Shown here in pieces: positions 8,796 to 17,690 of a DNA stretch of 64,000 bases (its first letter is position 1; each line of letters starts with the position of its first letter). The stretch comes from a bacterium. GTDB lineage: Bacteria > Cyanobacteriota > Sericytochromatia > S15B-MN24 > UBA4093. The stretch spans positions 17,461 to 81,460 of the forward strand of contig JAGIBK010000008.1 in NCBI GenBank assembly GCA_017744355.1. Reading direction: 5' to 3'. The notes below the pieces were generated by a model that searched no databases, was not told the origin of the DNA, and saw only the letters and a program-made list of their open reading frames with translations. The position numbers were made by a program, and so were the translations under genes.

Positions 8796-9473
8796 TGGAA
8801 CATGTGGATAACTCCCGGATCCCGGGCAGGCACAGGGATCCGAGGAGTGGACGGAGGAGCGGAGAAGTCGCTGAGTTGTCCCCAGTGGATAACTCAGCGC
8901 AAGCAGGGGCCGATCATGTTCACTCCTTGTCCACAGGCATGAAGCGGCTTATCCCATGGCTTTCAACAGGGCGCAAACCCCCGTGACAACTCCGTTTCGG
9001 AGAGATATCAACATGTTCTCCACAGGCGAGTTATCCCCATGGCCCCGAAAACGAAGCGGTAGCGGCGGATCATGCCGGATCGGCCCCATGAGTTCTCCAC
9101 AGCCTCTGGGGATAAGATCGAACCTCTTCCCCTCCTCTTCCGCACTTTATCCCCAGGGTTCTACACAGGCGTCCCCAGGTTATCCACAATTCCCTCCCTC
9201 GCTTATCCACACCATGGGGACAAGTTGTCCACATAACACCCGAACGGAGCGGATAACCCCCGATCAATCTTCAAGAAAGATCACGATCGCCTCAAAGCCA
9301 GTTGTGACGCCCCTCACGCCGATTTTTCGAACAGTGGTTTCAATTTGCCCCAGACCCCAAAAACCCTTGACAGCTTGAAATTCCCCACCACATCCCCAAG
9401 TTTTCCACAAAGTTATCCACAGCCCGCCTGTTGAAAACTCCCACAGGACGGGGAGATCACGGCTCCAAACATG

Positions 9474-9502
9474 TTGATCGATCCTTAATCGCGTGATAAA
9501 CT
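9474..9502 (+). promoter_or_regulatory. possible rpmH promoter
   Basis: TTGATC (9474-9479), 17 nt spacer, TAAACT (9497-9502) with an upstream TG (extended -10). Confidence 0.3.
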
Positions 9503-9603
9503 CGCGGAGACTGACGAGGCCTCTGGCCCCGGTCATTGAGGAGTTTGAACGCCCCGCGAGACCCGCTCGTCCAGGGGTTGTCTGCAAAAGGGGATCACAA
9601 AAG

Positions 9604-9753
9604 ATGGCTCAACAAGCACTGACCTTCCGTCACGGTGGCAAGAAGCGCAAGCGCGCGAAGACTCACGGCTTCCTGGTGCGCATGAGCACCAAGAACGGCC
9701 GCCGCGTCATCAAGGCGCGCCGCGCCAAGGGCCGCGCTCGCCTCGCGGGCTAA
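9604..9753 (+). CDS. rpmH: 50S ribosomal protein L34
   Basis: [34 protein letters not shown]. Internal ATG 9604 of ORF 9493..9753. Confidence 0.9.
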   Translation: MAQQALTFRHGGKKRKRAKTHGFLVRMSTKNGRRVIKARRAKGRARLAG

Positions 9754-9774
9754 ATCCCGACGCCGTATCGCCTC

Positions 9775-10152
9775 GTGCTTCCCTCGGGTGCCCGCCTCCG
9801 TCGTGCCGGTGAATTCCGTGCCACATACGAGGGAGGACGTGCTTATCCCGACGCCCTGGCGGTGCTACACGTCCAAGCGCTTTCGGACCGGCCTGACACT
9901 TGTCAGGTCGGTTTCTCGGTAGGGAAGAAAGTCGGCAACGCCGTCGTGCGCAACCGGGTCAAGCGCCGCTTGCGGGCGATCATCGCCACCCTCCTGCCCG
10001 AGATCGTACCGGGCCACCGTCTCATCCTCAGGGCTCGCAGCCGCGCGGCTGAGGCCGACTTCGAGACCCTCGAGAAGGCAGTCAAGCGCCTGCTCGATCG
10101 GGCTTCGCTGCGTCCTCGCTCGGTTGTGGACACGCCGGAGGCGACCCCCTAG
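9775..10152 (+). CDS. rnpA: ribonuclease P protein component
   Basis: GTG start. [23 protein letters not shown] RNase P protein motif. Located directly after rpmH. Confidence 0.85.
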   Translation: MLPSGARLRRAGEFRATYEGGRAYPDALAVLHVQALSDRPDTCQVGFSVGKKVGNAVVRNRVKRRLRAIIATLLPEIVPGHRLILRARSRAAEADFETLEKAVKRLLDRASLRPRSVVDTPEATP

Positions 10153-10174
10153 ACTTTCTGAGGGTTGTGAGACG

Positions 10175-10435
10175 ATGGAGGCGGCAAAGGCGATGAGAGC
10201 CCTGTTGATTGGCACAATGACTGCGCTGATCCGGGTGTACCAGCTCTTCTCGCGGATGACGCCCCGGCGTTGCCGGTACCACCCCACCTGTTCGCAGTAC
10301 GCGCTGGAGGCCATCACCGGGCACGGCCCGCTCAAAGGTCTCTTGCTCGCAACCTGGCGCCTCTTGCGGTGCCACCCCTGGACCCCAGGGGGTTACGACC
10401 CGGTGCCTCCGGCACCGCTTAGGAGACCTGAGTGA
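10175..10435 (+). CDS. yidD: membrane protein insertion efficiency factor YidD
   Basis: [30 protein letters not shown]...[15 protein letters not shown]. Start chosen at ATG 10175, after the rnpA stop. Confidence 0.85.
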   Translation: MEAAKAMRALLIGTMTALIRVYQLFSRMTPRRCRYHPTCSQYALEAITGHGPLKGLLLATWRLLRCHPWTPGGYDPVPPAPLRRPE

Positions 10436-11214
10436 ACCCGATCGACTTTCTAAGCCACCAGATGATGATCCCCATCCTCAACGCCTTCTACGCGTTCACG
10501 CACTCGTACGGCCTGGCGATCATCCTTCTGACGGTGACCATCAAGGCGGCGCTCTTCCCCTTGACCGCCAAGCAGTTCAAGGCCAGCCGCCAGATGCAGG
10601 CCCTCCAGCCCAAGCTGGTGGAGCTCCAGGCCAAGTACAAGGACAAGCCCGAAGAGCTCCAGGCCAAGATGATGGAGTTCTACAAGGACCACAACGCGAA
10701 CCCCTTCAGCAGCTGCCTGCCCATGCTGATCCAGCTGCCCTTCCTGTTCGCGCTCTACTCCTCGCTCGGCAACAAGGAGTTCCAGGCCCAGATCGCCCAC
10801 AAGAGCTTCCTGTTCATCCAGAACCTCGCGGCGGTGGGCGTCCTGCCCGGCAAGGATCACGCCGGGGTGCCCCACGGTCTGCTCTGGGACAACCTGCTCC
10901 TGGTGCTCTTCTTCGGCCTCTCGACCTACGTGATGCAGAAGACCATGACCACCAACCCCGACGACCCCATGCAGAAGCAGATGCTCACCATGATGCCCAT
11001 CATGATGACCGTCATGTTCCTCTTCTTCCCCCTGCCGTCGGGCATCCTCCTCTACATCGCCGTCTCCAACATCATCACCTTGGGCCAGAACCTCGTCCTG
11101 ATGCGGGCGAATCCCCTCCCCGCGGGCGCTCCTTCGGTCCCGGCTTCCAAGGCCGTGATCGACACCACCCCGACGGTCATCAAGGACGATTCTTCCAAGT
11201 CCGATAAGAAGTAA
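10432..11214 (+). CDS. yidC: membrane protein insertase YidC (short form)
   Basis: GTG start overlaps the yidD stop (GTGA). [34 protein letters not shown]...[20 protein letters not shown]. Confidence 0.9.
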   Translation: MNPIDFLSHQMMIPILNAFYAFTHSYGLAIILLTVTIKAALFPLTAKQFKASRQMQALQPKLVELQAKYKDKPEELQAKMMEFYKDHNANPFSSCLPMLIQLPFLFALYSSLGNKEFQAQIAHKSFLFIQNLAAVGVLPGKDHAGVPHGLLWDNLLLVLFFGLSTYVMQKTMTTNPDDPMQKQMLTMMPIMMTVMFLFFPLPSGILLYIAVSNIITLGQNLVLMRANPLPAGAPSVPASKAVIDTTPTVIKDDSSKSDKK

Positions 11215-11239
11215 GCAGCAGGAAAGAGAGGCTCCACCG

Positions 11240-11851
11240 GTGGAACAGATCGAGCACGTCGGAAAGACTTATCAGCAGGCCCTCGATGAGGCCCTCGACA
11301 TCCTTCAGCGCGAACCCGAGGAGGTCGAGATCGAGGTCCTCGAAGAGGGCCCGAAGGGGACCAAGCTGCGCCTGGTGGTGCGGCCCGAGTTCGACGAGGC
11401 GCAGGACTGGCTGCTCGACATCCTCGATGAGATGGAGCTCGACTGCTCGGTGGGGCTGATCTTCGACGAGGAGTCGATCACCTTCCACATCGAGACCGAG
11501 GACGACGCGGGGATGCTGATCGGCCGCAAGGGCCAGACCCTGGATGCCCTCCAGTACCTTCTCAACGTTGCCTACGGCCCCAAGATCGGCAAGCGCCTGA
11601 TCGTGGACGTCCACGACTACCGCAAGCGCCACCACGAGAAGCTGGTGGAGCAGGCCCTCGACGCGGTCGATCGGGTCCGCGAGACGGGCCGCTCGCTGCG
11701 CCTGCCGCCCATGGGCGCCGCCGACCGCAAGGTCGTCCACAACGAGATCCTGGCCTTCCCCGACATGGAGACGGGCAGCCAGGGCGAGGAGCCCAACCGC
11801 TACGTGGTGGTCCACCTCAAGCGCGCGGGGGCCCCGCGACGCGCCTTCTAG
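11240..11851 (+). CDS. jag: Jag/KhpB RNA-binding protein (Jag_N, KH, R3H)
   Basis: GTG start. GKTYQQALDEALDIL N-terminal domain, GRKGQTLDALQYLLN KH motif, LPPMGAADRKVVHNEI R3H motif. Conserved position after yidC. Confidence 0.85.
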   Translation: MEQIEHVGKTYQQALDEALDILQREPEEVEIEVLEEGPKGTKLRLVVRPEFDEAQDWLLDILDEMELDCSVGLIFDEESITFHIETEDDAGMLIGRKGQTLDALQYLLNVAYGPKIGKRLIVDVHDYRKRHHEKLVEQALDAVDRVRETGRSLRLPPMGAADRKVVHNEILAFPDMETGSQGEEPNRYVVVHLKRAGAPRRAF

Positions 11852-11858
11852 GACCTCG

Positions 11859-13244
11859 ATGATCCTCTTCGACACCATCGCCGCCATCGCGACCCCGCCG
11901 GGCACCGGCGGGGTCGGCATCGTTCGGCTCAGCGGGCCCGAGAGCCTTTCGATCGCCCAGGCCCTCTTCCGCACTACGACGGACCGCCCGCTCGATCCTC
12001 CCCTGGAGGCACGCGAGGGCAAGTCCCTCCACGTGGGCCGGGTCGTGTCTCCCCAGACGGGCGAGACCCTCGACGAGATCGTCATGCTCGTCTTCCGGGC
12101 GCCGCGCTCCTACACCACCGAGGACGTGGTCGAGCTCCAGTGCCATGCGGGACCGGCCGTCATGCAGCGGATCCTGGCCGCGGTTCTCTCCCGGGGCGTG
12201 CGCCTCGCGGCGCCGGGCGAGTTCACCAAGAGGGCCTTCCTCGGCGGGCGGATCGATTTGACCCAGGCCGAGGCCATCGCGGACGTGTCGAGCGCGCGCA
12301 CCGAGCGCGCCCTGGCAACAGCCCTCGGCCAGCTCGAAGGACGCCTCGCCCAGGCCACCCGCTCCCTGAGGGATCCCATCAAGCTCCTGCTGGCCGAGCT
12401 GGAGGCCTCCATCGACTTCCCCGACGAGATCGATCCGCCGCCAGACGCCCGGATGCGCGAGACCCTCGGGGCCCTCATCGCCCAGGCCGAGCACCTGCTT
12501 GCGACCGCCGACGGCGGACGCCTCTTGCGCGAGGGGGCGTCGCTCGCCATCGTGGGGCGCCCCAACGTGGGCAAGTCGAGCCTGCTGAACGCGCTCCTGC
12601 AAGCCGAGCGGGCTATCGTGACCGACATCGCGGGCACCACCCGCGACGTGCTGGAGGCGGGGCTCGCCATCAAGGGGGTCCCCTTCCGCGTCCTGGACAC
12701 GGCGGGGATCCGGGACGAGGGGGCCGACGTGGTGGAGCGCCTCGGCATCGAACGCTCGAAGGAGGCCCTCGCGGAGGCCGACGTGCGGCTGGTGGTGCTG
12801 GATGCGGGCGCGGGGCTCACCCCCCACGACGAAGAGATCCTGGAGGCTTCCCGCTCGGCGGGGCCGACCGTGGTGACCTTGAACAAGATCGATCGTTACC
12901 CGGAGGTGGAGATCGCGCTTCCCGAGGGCGTTTTGGCCCTGCGGATCTCGGCGGCGACGGGGTCGGGGCTGGCGGATCTGGAACAGGCGATATATGATTT
13001 GACCTTGGGAGCGGCGTTATCGCCGATTGCCTCGGTCGCAATCAACGCGCGGCACCAGTCCGCGCTCGCGCGCGCCCGAGAGAGCCTGGAGAGGGCCCTC
13101 GAGAGCGTTTCGCGCCAGATGCCGGCCGACTTCGTCGCGATCGATCTGAGGGCTGCAATGGAAGCCCTGGGTGAGATCACCGGCGAGGACCTCAAAGAGG
13201 AGGTAATCGATCACATCTTCGCACGCTTTTGCGTGGGAAAATAA
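11859..13244 (+). CDS. mnmE: tRNA modification GTPase MnmE
   Basis: DTIAAIATPPGTGGVGIVRLSG, GRPNVGKSSLLNAL G1 motif, C-terminal FCVGK. Confidence 0.95.
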   Translation: MILFDTIAAIATPPGTGGVGIVRLSGPESLSIAQALFRTTTDRPLDPPLEAREGKSLHVGRVVSPQTGETLDEIVMLVFRAPRSYTTEDVVELQCHAGPAVMQRILAAVLSRGVRLAAPGEFTKRAFLGGRIDLTQAEAIADVSSARTERALATALGQLEGRLAQATRSLRDPIKLLLAELEASIDFPDEIDPPPDARMRETLGALIAQAEHLLATADGGRLLREGASLAIVGRPNVGKSSLLNALLQAERAIVTDIAGTTRDVLEAGLAIKGVPFRVLDTAGIRDEGADVVERLGIERSKEALAEADVRLVVLDAGAGLTPHDEEILEASRSAGPTVVTLNKIDRYPEVEIALPEGVLALRISAATGSGLADLEQAIYDLTLGAALSPIASVAINARHQSALARARESLERALESVSRQMPADFVAIDLRAAMEALGEITGEDLKEEVIDHIFARFCVGK

Positions 13245-13498
13245 ATAGCAAGCAGGGGTTATCCCTCGCTTACTTAATTGTGACGATAACGATAGGGTTT
13301 TACCCCGTTCATGGCGGAAGTTGCTGATAATTTCGGGTCTTTTACAAAACGTAAAAAGGCTCGCGGCATAAACTCGAAATCATTCTGTTATACTTTTTGA
13401 GGAATTCAGTCAAAAAACTCAAGGCTGATGCACCTTGTACCCAACTCAGCAACGTCGGCCCGATCTAGCAAGCGATCCGTCATCCGCTATCGGCATCC

Positions 13499-14263
13499 TT
13501 GAGCGACCGGAGGTTATGCGTGGAAAGTACTCGTAAGTGGTCGTTGACCCCGCAGGAACGTGAAAAGCTCGTCCACGAGTTTATCCCCCTGGTGAAGAAG
13601 ATTGCGCGCGGTCTCGCCCGCCGCAGCACGGATCCCGTCGAGGATCTGATCCAGGTCGGTTCCATCGGCCTCCTGGAGGCCATCGATCGCTACGAGCTGG
13701 GTCACAACACCGAGTTCAAGACCTACGCCGTCCACTACATCACCGGCCACATCCGCCACTACCTGCGCGATCGTCAGAACCTCCTGCGCGGCCCCCGCGC
13801 CCTCCAGGAGCTCTCGTACCGCCTGAGCGTCGTGACCGCGAACCTCTCGCACGAGCTCGGCCGCGAGCCGACCAACCAGGAGCTCGCCGACCAGCTCGAG
13901 ATCACCGTCCACCAGATCGACGAGGTCAAGCAGTACGACAACCGCGTCTCGGTCTACTGGCTCGATCAGGAAGGCCGCAGCGACGACGACGACACCCGTA
14001 CCCTGCTGGACACCCTGATGGATCCGCGCTCGCAGCGCGACGGTCAGGGGGATCTGGACGAGCGCCTGCTTCTCAAGGAGGCCATGGGCCGCCTTTCCAA
14101 GCAGCAGCAGGAGCTGCTCGAGATGCGCTACTTCCAGGACATGACCCAGGCCGAGGTCGCCCGCCGGCTCGGCGTCTCCCAGATGGAGATCTGCCGCCGC
14201 CTCAAGCGCGCCGTCAAGCAGCTGCAGAACATCCTCTGCCCCCCGACCGCCGCGCAGGCCTAG
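13499..14263 (+). CDS. group-3 (SigB/SigF/SigG-type) sigma-70 family factor
   Basis: DLIQVGSIGLLEAIDRYE (region 2), TYAVHYITGHIRHYLRD, and MTQAEVARRLGVSQMEICRRL (region 4 HTH). TTG start at 13499 is uncertain; GTG 13520 is an alternative. Confidence 0.85.
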   Translation: MSDRRLCVESTRKWSLTPQEREKLVHEFIPLVKKIARGLARRSTDPVEDLIQVGSIGLLEAIDRYELGHNTEFKTYAVHYITGHIRHYLRDRQNLLRGPRALQELSYRLSVVTANLSHELGREPTNQELADQLEITVHQIDEVKQYDNRVSVYWLDQEGRSDDDDTRTLLDTLMDPRSQRDGQGDLDERLLLKEAMGRLSKQQQELLEMRYFQDMTQAEVARRLGVSQMEICRRLKRAVKQLQNILCPPTAAQA

Positions 14264-14280
14264 CTGGTAACCAAAACGCC

Positions 14281-14312
14281 GAAGGCCCCCTCCGACGAGG
14301 GGGGCCTTTCCC
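14281..14312 (+). terminator. putative terminator after the sigma factor gene
   Basis: Imperfect stem GAAGGCCCCCTC / GAGGGGGGCCTTTC with a weak T tract. Confidence 0.4.
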
Positions 14313-14414
14313 ATGGGCTGGACTTCTTGGGTGAACGTTAGCGCAAGCTTAATGGTTGAATAACCGACTTCAGGCGGTGATCGGGCGATAACTCCGGTAG
14401 TAGGAGGAACGCCC

Positions 14415-15146
14415 ATGTCAGTTGCGAGGCTTGGATCTTACAACCAGATTCTCCAGTCGCTGCGCCAACTGCTGGCGGGTGCTCCGAGTCAGCAGCCTTC
14501 GAGCGCGCCGGCGGCTCCCAAGCCTCCTGTTTCGACCCTCGGGCGCGACGTCTTCATCTCCTCGCTCTCCGTGCCGGCCGCGCCCAAGGCGCCCCTCTCG
14601 GCCGATCCCAACACCTTCTTCTTCAGCCAGGTCCTCGATTCGCGCTGGAACCCCAACGCCACCGACGGCAACACCAACTGCGGTCCCGCGAGCCTCGCCA
14701 TGGCCCTCAAGGCCCTGGGCCTCAAGCCGCCCGGCCTGATCGACGCCAAGAACCCCGAGGCCTGGATCGACCGGACCCGCATGGCGATGGAAGGGGACAT
14801 GGACGACTTCAAGTTGACGTCGGACGACGACGTGCTGCGCGGGGCCGTCGCGAGCGGCGCCAAGGCCGAGAAGGTCTACGGCCTGGCAGGAGTCGAGGCA
14901 GCGATCGCCCAGGGCAAGCCCGTGGTGCTCGCCGGCAACCCGATCGCCTACGAAGGACGCTTCACCGATAGCCAGTACGCCAAGTTCGACGGCGGTCACT
15001 TCATCCTGGTGACGGGCATCCAGGGGGACAAGGTCAGCATCAACGATCCCCAGTCCCGCGTCGGCAGCCTCACCATCTCGCGCGCCGAGCTCGCCCAGTA
15101 CATGGGTTTCCAGGGCTGGAACGTGGGGGTTGCGGTCTCGAAGTAG
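14415..15146 (+). CDS. papain-like cysteine peptidase, C39-like family
   Basis: GNTNCGPASLAMALKALG catalytic Cys motif and DGGHFILVTG His motif. Long Pro/Ala/Ser-rich N-terminus with no obvious Sec signal. RBS GTAGGAGGA. Confidence 0.7.
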   Translation: MSVARLGSYNQILQSLRQLLAGAPSQQPSSAPAAPKPPVSTLGRDVFISSLSVPAAPKAPLSADPNTFFFSQVLDSRWNPNATDGNTNCGPASLAMALKALGLKPPGLIDAKNPEAWIDRTRMAMEGDMDDFKLTSDDDVLRGAVASGAKAEKVYGLAGVEAAIAQGKPVVLAGNPIAYEGRFTDSQYAKFDGGHFILVTGIQGDKVSINDPQSRVGSLTISRAELAQYMGFQGWNVGVAVSK

Positions 15147-15155
15147 GGGCTCGCT

Positions 15156-16019
15156 TTAGAGCCCGCTGCGGCTCTTGATGGCTTCGCGGTCGAAGGCGTA
15201 CTTGGTCCGGCGTCGCCACTCGCTTGCGATCGACCATTGCTGGAGGGGGGCGGTCTTCATCAGGACTCGCAAGCGGATGCTGTTCTCTTCGAACGCCTGA
15301 ATTCCCGCGATCTCCGGGAGCGCGAGCACGTCGTTCGGGCGTTCTTCCCAGAGCTTGCGCCCTTCCTCCATCATCAAGCTCAGCGCATGATCCACGTCGG
15401 CGTCGTAGGCGACCCCGAGTTCGAGGACGGCACGGGCCCACTCCTTGGAGCGGTTCGAGACGATCTTGATGCTGCCGTTGGGGATGGTGATGAGCTCGCC
15501 GGCGGTGTTGCGCAGCTGGGTGATGCGCAGGTTCATGCGCTCGACCAGGCCGCTCTTGCCGTCGATGTCCACCACGTCGCCCACCCCGTACTGGTCCTCG
15601 AACAGGATGAAGAAGCCCGAGATCACGTCCTTGACGAGGCTCTGGGCGCCGAAACCGACCGCGAGGCCGACGACCCCGGCGCTCGCCAGGATCGGTGTGA
15701 TGTTGATGCCGACGGCCGCGAGCACCGAGAGGGTGGTCGCGAAGAGGACCACGGCCCTGAGGGTGCTGCGCAGGATGGTGGTCAGCGTCAGGCTGCGCTG
15801 GGCGCGGCGCGGGCTCTGATCGGCGCGCGAGGAATCCTGGAGGGCGCCCTGAATTCGGTCGATCAGGGCGGTGCCGAGGCGTAGCGCCACGAAGGCGAGC
15901 CCGATGGTGACGAGGATGCCGATGCCGCGCGTGGTGGCCCAGGTGAGGGCGGCCTCGTCGAGGCGATCGATGGCTCGGGGCAGGGTAGCGAGGGTGGAGG
16001 GTGAGATCGTTCCTAGCAT
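15156..16019 (-). CDS. mechanosensitive ion channel, MscS family
   Basis: ASAGVVGLAVGFGAQSLVKDVISGFFILFEDQYGVGDVVDI. ATG 16019 chosen; GTG 16043 is the longest alternative. Confidence 0.85.
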   Translation of the reverse strand: MLGTISPSTLATLPRAIDRLDEAALTWATTRGIGILVTIGLAFVALRLGTALIDRIQGALQDSSRADQSPRRAQRSLTLTTILRSTLRAVVLFATTLSVLAAVGINITPILASAGVVGLAVGFGAQSLVKDVISGFFILFEDQYGVGDVVDIDGKSGLVERMNLRITQLRNTAGELITIPNGSIKIVSNRSKEWARAVLELGVAYDADVDHALSLMMEEGRKLWEERPNDVLALPEIAGIQAFEENSIRLRVLMKTAPLQQWSIASEWRRRTKYAFDREAIKSRSGL

Positions 16020-16072
16020 GACCTCTTTGTACCCGGAGTCCACTCGTTGGACGCGCCGGGTTCGCAGGAGGG

Positions 16073-16609
16073 CTAGAACGAGAGCGAGAGGCGGCCGCCG
16101 ATCTCGGTCAGGGTGCTCGCGTAGGGCGTGCCGGGAGGCTGGTTGAGGCCGTAGACGGGGCCTTGGGCCACGTGGAGGTCCAATTGGGCCAGCCCCAGGT
16201 CGAGGGCGACGCCCGCCTGCGGCATGTAGCCGTAGGGATTGCCCGTGACGTAGCTCGGCTGCTGGAAGGGGAAGGCGTAGTGGCCGACGATCCCCGCGTA
16301 GGGGGTGAGGGGGCCCAGGGGCAGCTCGAAGTTCGCGCTCGCTTGCCCGACGCCGTAAGTGTAGGTCTCGCCCCGGCCGTCCTTGAGGTAGGCGCCGCCC
16401 GCCTCGAAGTTCAGCCTCAAGAAGCGCGTGGGGCCTCCGAACCAGATGAGCGGTACGAAGGCGCCGCGCGCTTCGAGGGTGTCGTTTCCCGCCTTGAGGG
16501 CGAGCGTGCGGTAGCCGATGGGCAGGGTGTACTGCAGCTCGGCCTGGGCGGGCGCGGCAAGCGCGCTCACCAGGGCGATCGCTGCGGCTACCGCGGCGGG
16601 ACGCGACAT
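16073..16609 (-). CDS. small outer-membrane beta-barrel-like protein
   Basis: Signal peptide ending APAQA, alternating Gly/aromatic strands, C-terminal ...LSLSF. Confidence 0.6.
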   Translation of the reverse strand: MSRPAAVAAAIALVSALAAPAQAELQYTLPIGYRTLALKAGNDTLEARGAFVPLIWFGGPTRFLRLNFEAGGAYLKDGRGETYTYGVGQASANFELPLGPLTPYAGIVGHYAFPFQQPSYVTGNPYGYMPQAGVALDLGLAQLDLHVAQGPVYGLNQPPGTPYASTLTEIGGRLSLSF

Positions 16610-16614
16610 GGCTA

Positions 16615-16836
16615 TTAGAACCGCTCGAGGTGGTAGACGACGACGGTGGGCTCGTTGGGCGTCTCGGTGACGTCCTTCTTGATGATGCGGTACTTGCCGG
16701 CGGGCTTGGTCGTCATGTCCAGGTCTTCCAGGTTGACGAGGTTGCCGACCTTGCCGTCGAAGTCGAGCTCGAGCTCGTACTTGCCCTCATCCCCCTTGAA
16801 CATGATGATGGCGCGGGTGTCCTTGAGCTGAGGCAT
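16615..16836 (-). CDS. hypothetical 73-aa protein
   Basis: Good G/C3 codon bias, AGGA upstream, and a stop 5 nt before the downstream OMP gene start. No recognisable motif. Confidence 0.5.
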   Translation of the reverse strand: MPQLKDTRAIIMFKGDEGKYELELDFDGKVGNLVNLEDLDMTTKPAGKYRIIKKDVTETPNEPTVVVYHLERF

Positions 16837-16994
16837 GAAGTCCGTCCTGTATGAGTGGTAGGGCGCTAACGGCCTCTATCATAGCAAAGGGGCGCGATCC
16901 CGGCGAGATCGGGTGACTGGACTCACGGATCGGCTTGCTTCACCGGGCTAAGGTGGCCTCGACGCCCTTCTTCATGCACCTGCGAGGATCCTTC

Positions 16995-17507
16995 ATGTCT
17001 CGTCATCTGCTTTCGATGGTTCTCGTCGTCACCGCCCTCGCGGTCTCGCCGGCCGTGGCCGTCGCCGCCGAGCAACCGACCCTCTCGAACCCCAACGGCC
17101 TGGGCCTGAGCGTCTCGACCCTGGCGGGCTCGGGCATCACTTACCGGCGCTGGTTGGACAACGGCGTGGGCTTCCAGGTGGCGGGGGTCCCCTTCATGGG
17201 CCTGAAGGACGACGGATCTCTCGGTGGCTTCTACAACATCGGGGCCCAGGTCATGTACGCGCCGCTTCGCTTTGACAGCGTGGCCTTCTACGGCTTGCTG
17301 GGGGCCGGGGTGGGCAACAACCTCTACGCCGGGCGCAGCGACGCAGGGATCGCGCCGGGCGTCGGCATGGACTGGTCCCTTTCGCCGAACTTTGCCCTGG
17401 TCGCAGCCCTCGGCTATACGGTCTCCATGACCCAGACCCTGAGCCCGCGCCGGACGACCTACGGCCTCTCGCCCGGCTTCACGGTCGGCGGCCTGGTCTG
17501 CTTCTAA
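16995..17507 (+). CDS. small outer-membrane beta-barrel-like protein
   Basis: ATG 16995 after GAGGA. Signal peptide ...VAVAAE, Gly/aromatic-rich strands, C-terminal GGLVCF. Confidence 0.6.
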   Translation: MSRHLLSMVLVVTALAVSPAVAVAAEQPTLSNPNGLGLSVSTLAGSGITYRRWLDNGVGFQVAGVPFMGLKDDGSLGGFYNIGAQVMYAPLRFDSVAFYGLLGAGVGNNLYAGRSDAGIAPGVGMDWSLSPNFALVAALGYTVSMTQTLSPRRTTYGLSPGFTVGGLVCF

Positions 17508-17555
17508 TCGGACGGGCCTTCTCGAACATCGGCTGAAGAATCACGTTTCGCGCAT

Positions 17556-17594
17556 CAGACCGCCTCGCCCTGCCGAGGCGGTCTGGCTTTTGTG
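17556..17594 (+). terminator. intrinsic terminator
   Basis: 12-bp perfect stem CAGACCGCCTCG / CGAGGCGGTCTG, followed by GCTTTTGTG. Confidence 0.7.
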
Positions 17595-17690
17595 AGGATG
17601 TCGTGTGTTTCTTGGTGGGTTTGTTTTTATTGTATAGTTATAAGACACTAAAAAAATCATACTTCGTTTCATTGCACGCTTGGAGGCCCC

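Larger units (their letters stand above)
8621..9603. other. chromosomal replication origin (oriC) candidate: DnaA-box cluster
   Basis: Non-coding gap between divergent dnaN and rpmH. Perfect TTATCCACA boxes at 8803-8811 (inverted), 9180-9188, 9203-9211 and 9413-9421. Near-consensus boxes at 8884-8892, 8927-8935, 8949-8957, 9016-9024, 9031-9039, 9093-9101, 9107-9115, 9147-9155, 9159-9167, 9225-9233, 9248-9256 and 9401-9409. Confidence 0.8.

Noticed and set aside
8795-9587. Four ORFs of 63-140 aa inside the dnaN-rpmH gap (8795..8986, 8956..9378, 9070..9267, 9264..9587)
   Set aside because: They have no RBS, poor codon bias and odd Pro/Ser/Thr-rich products. The region is saturated with DnaA boxes, so it is interpreted as a non-coding origin.
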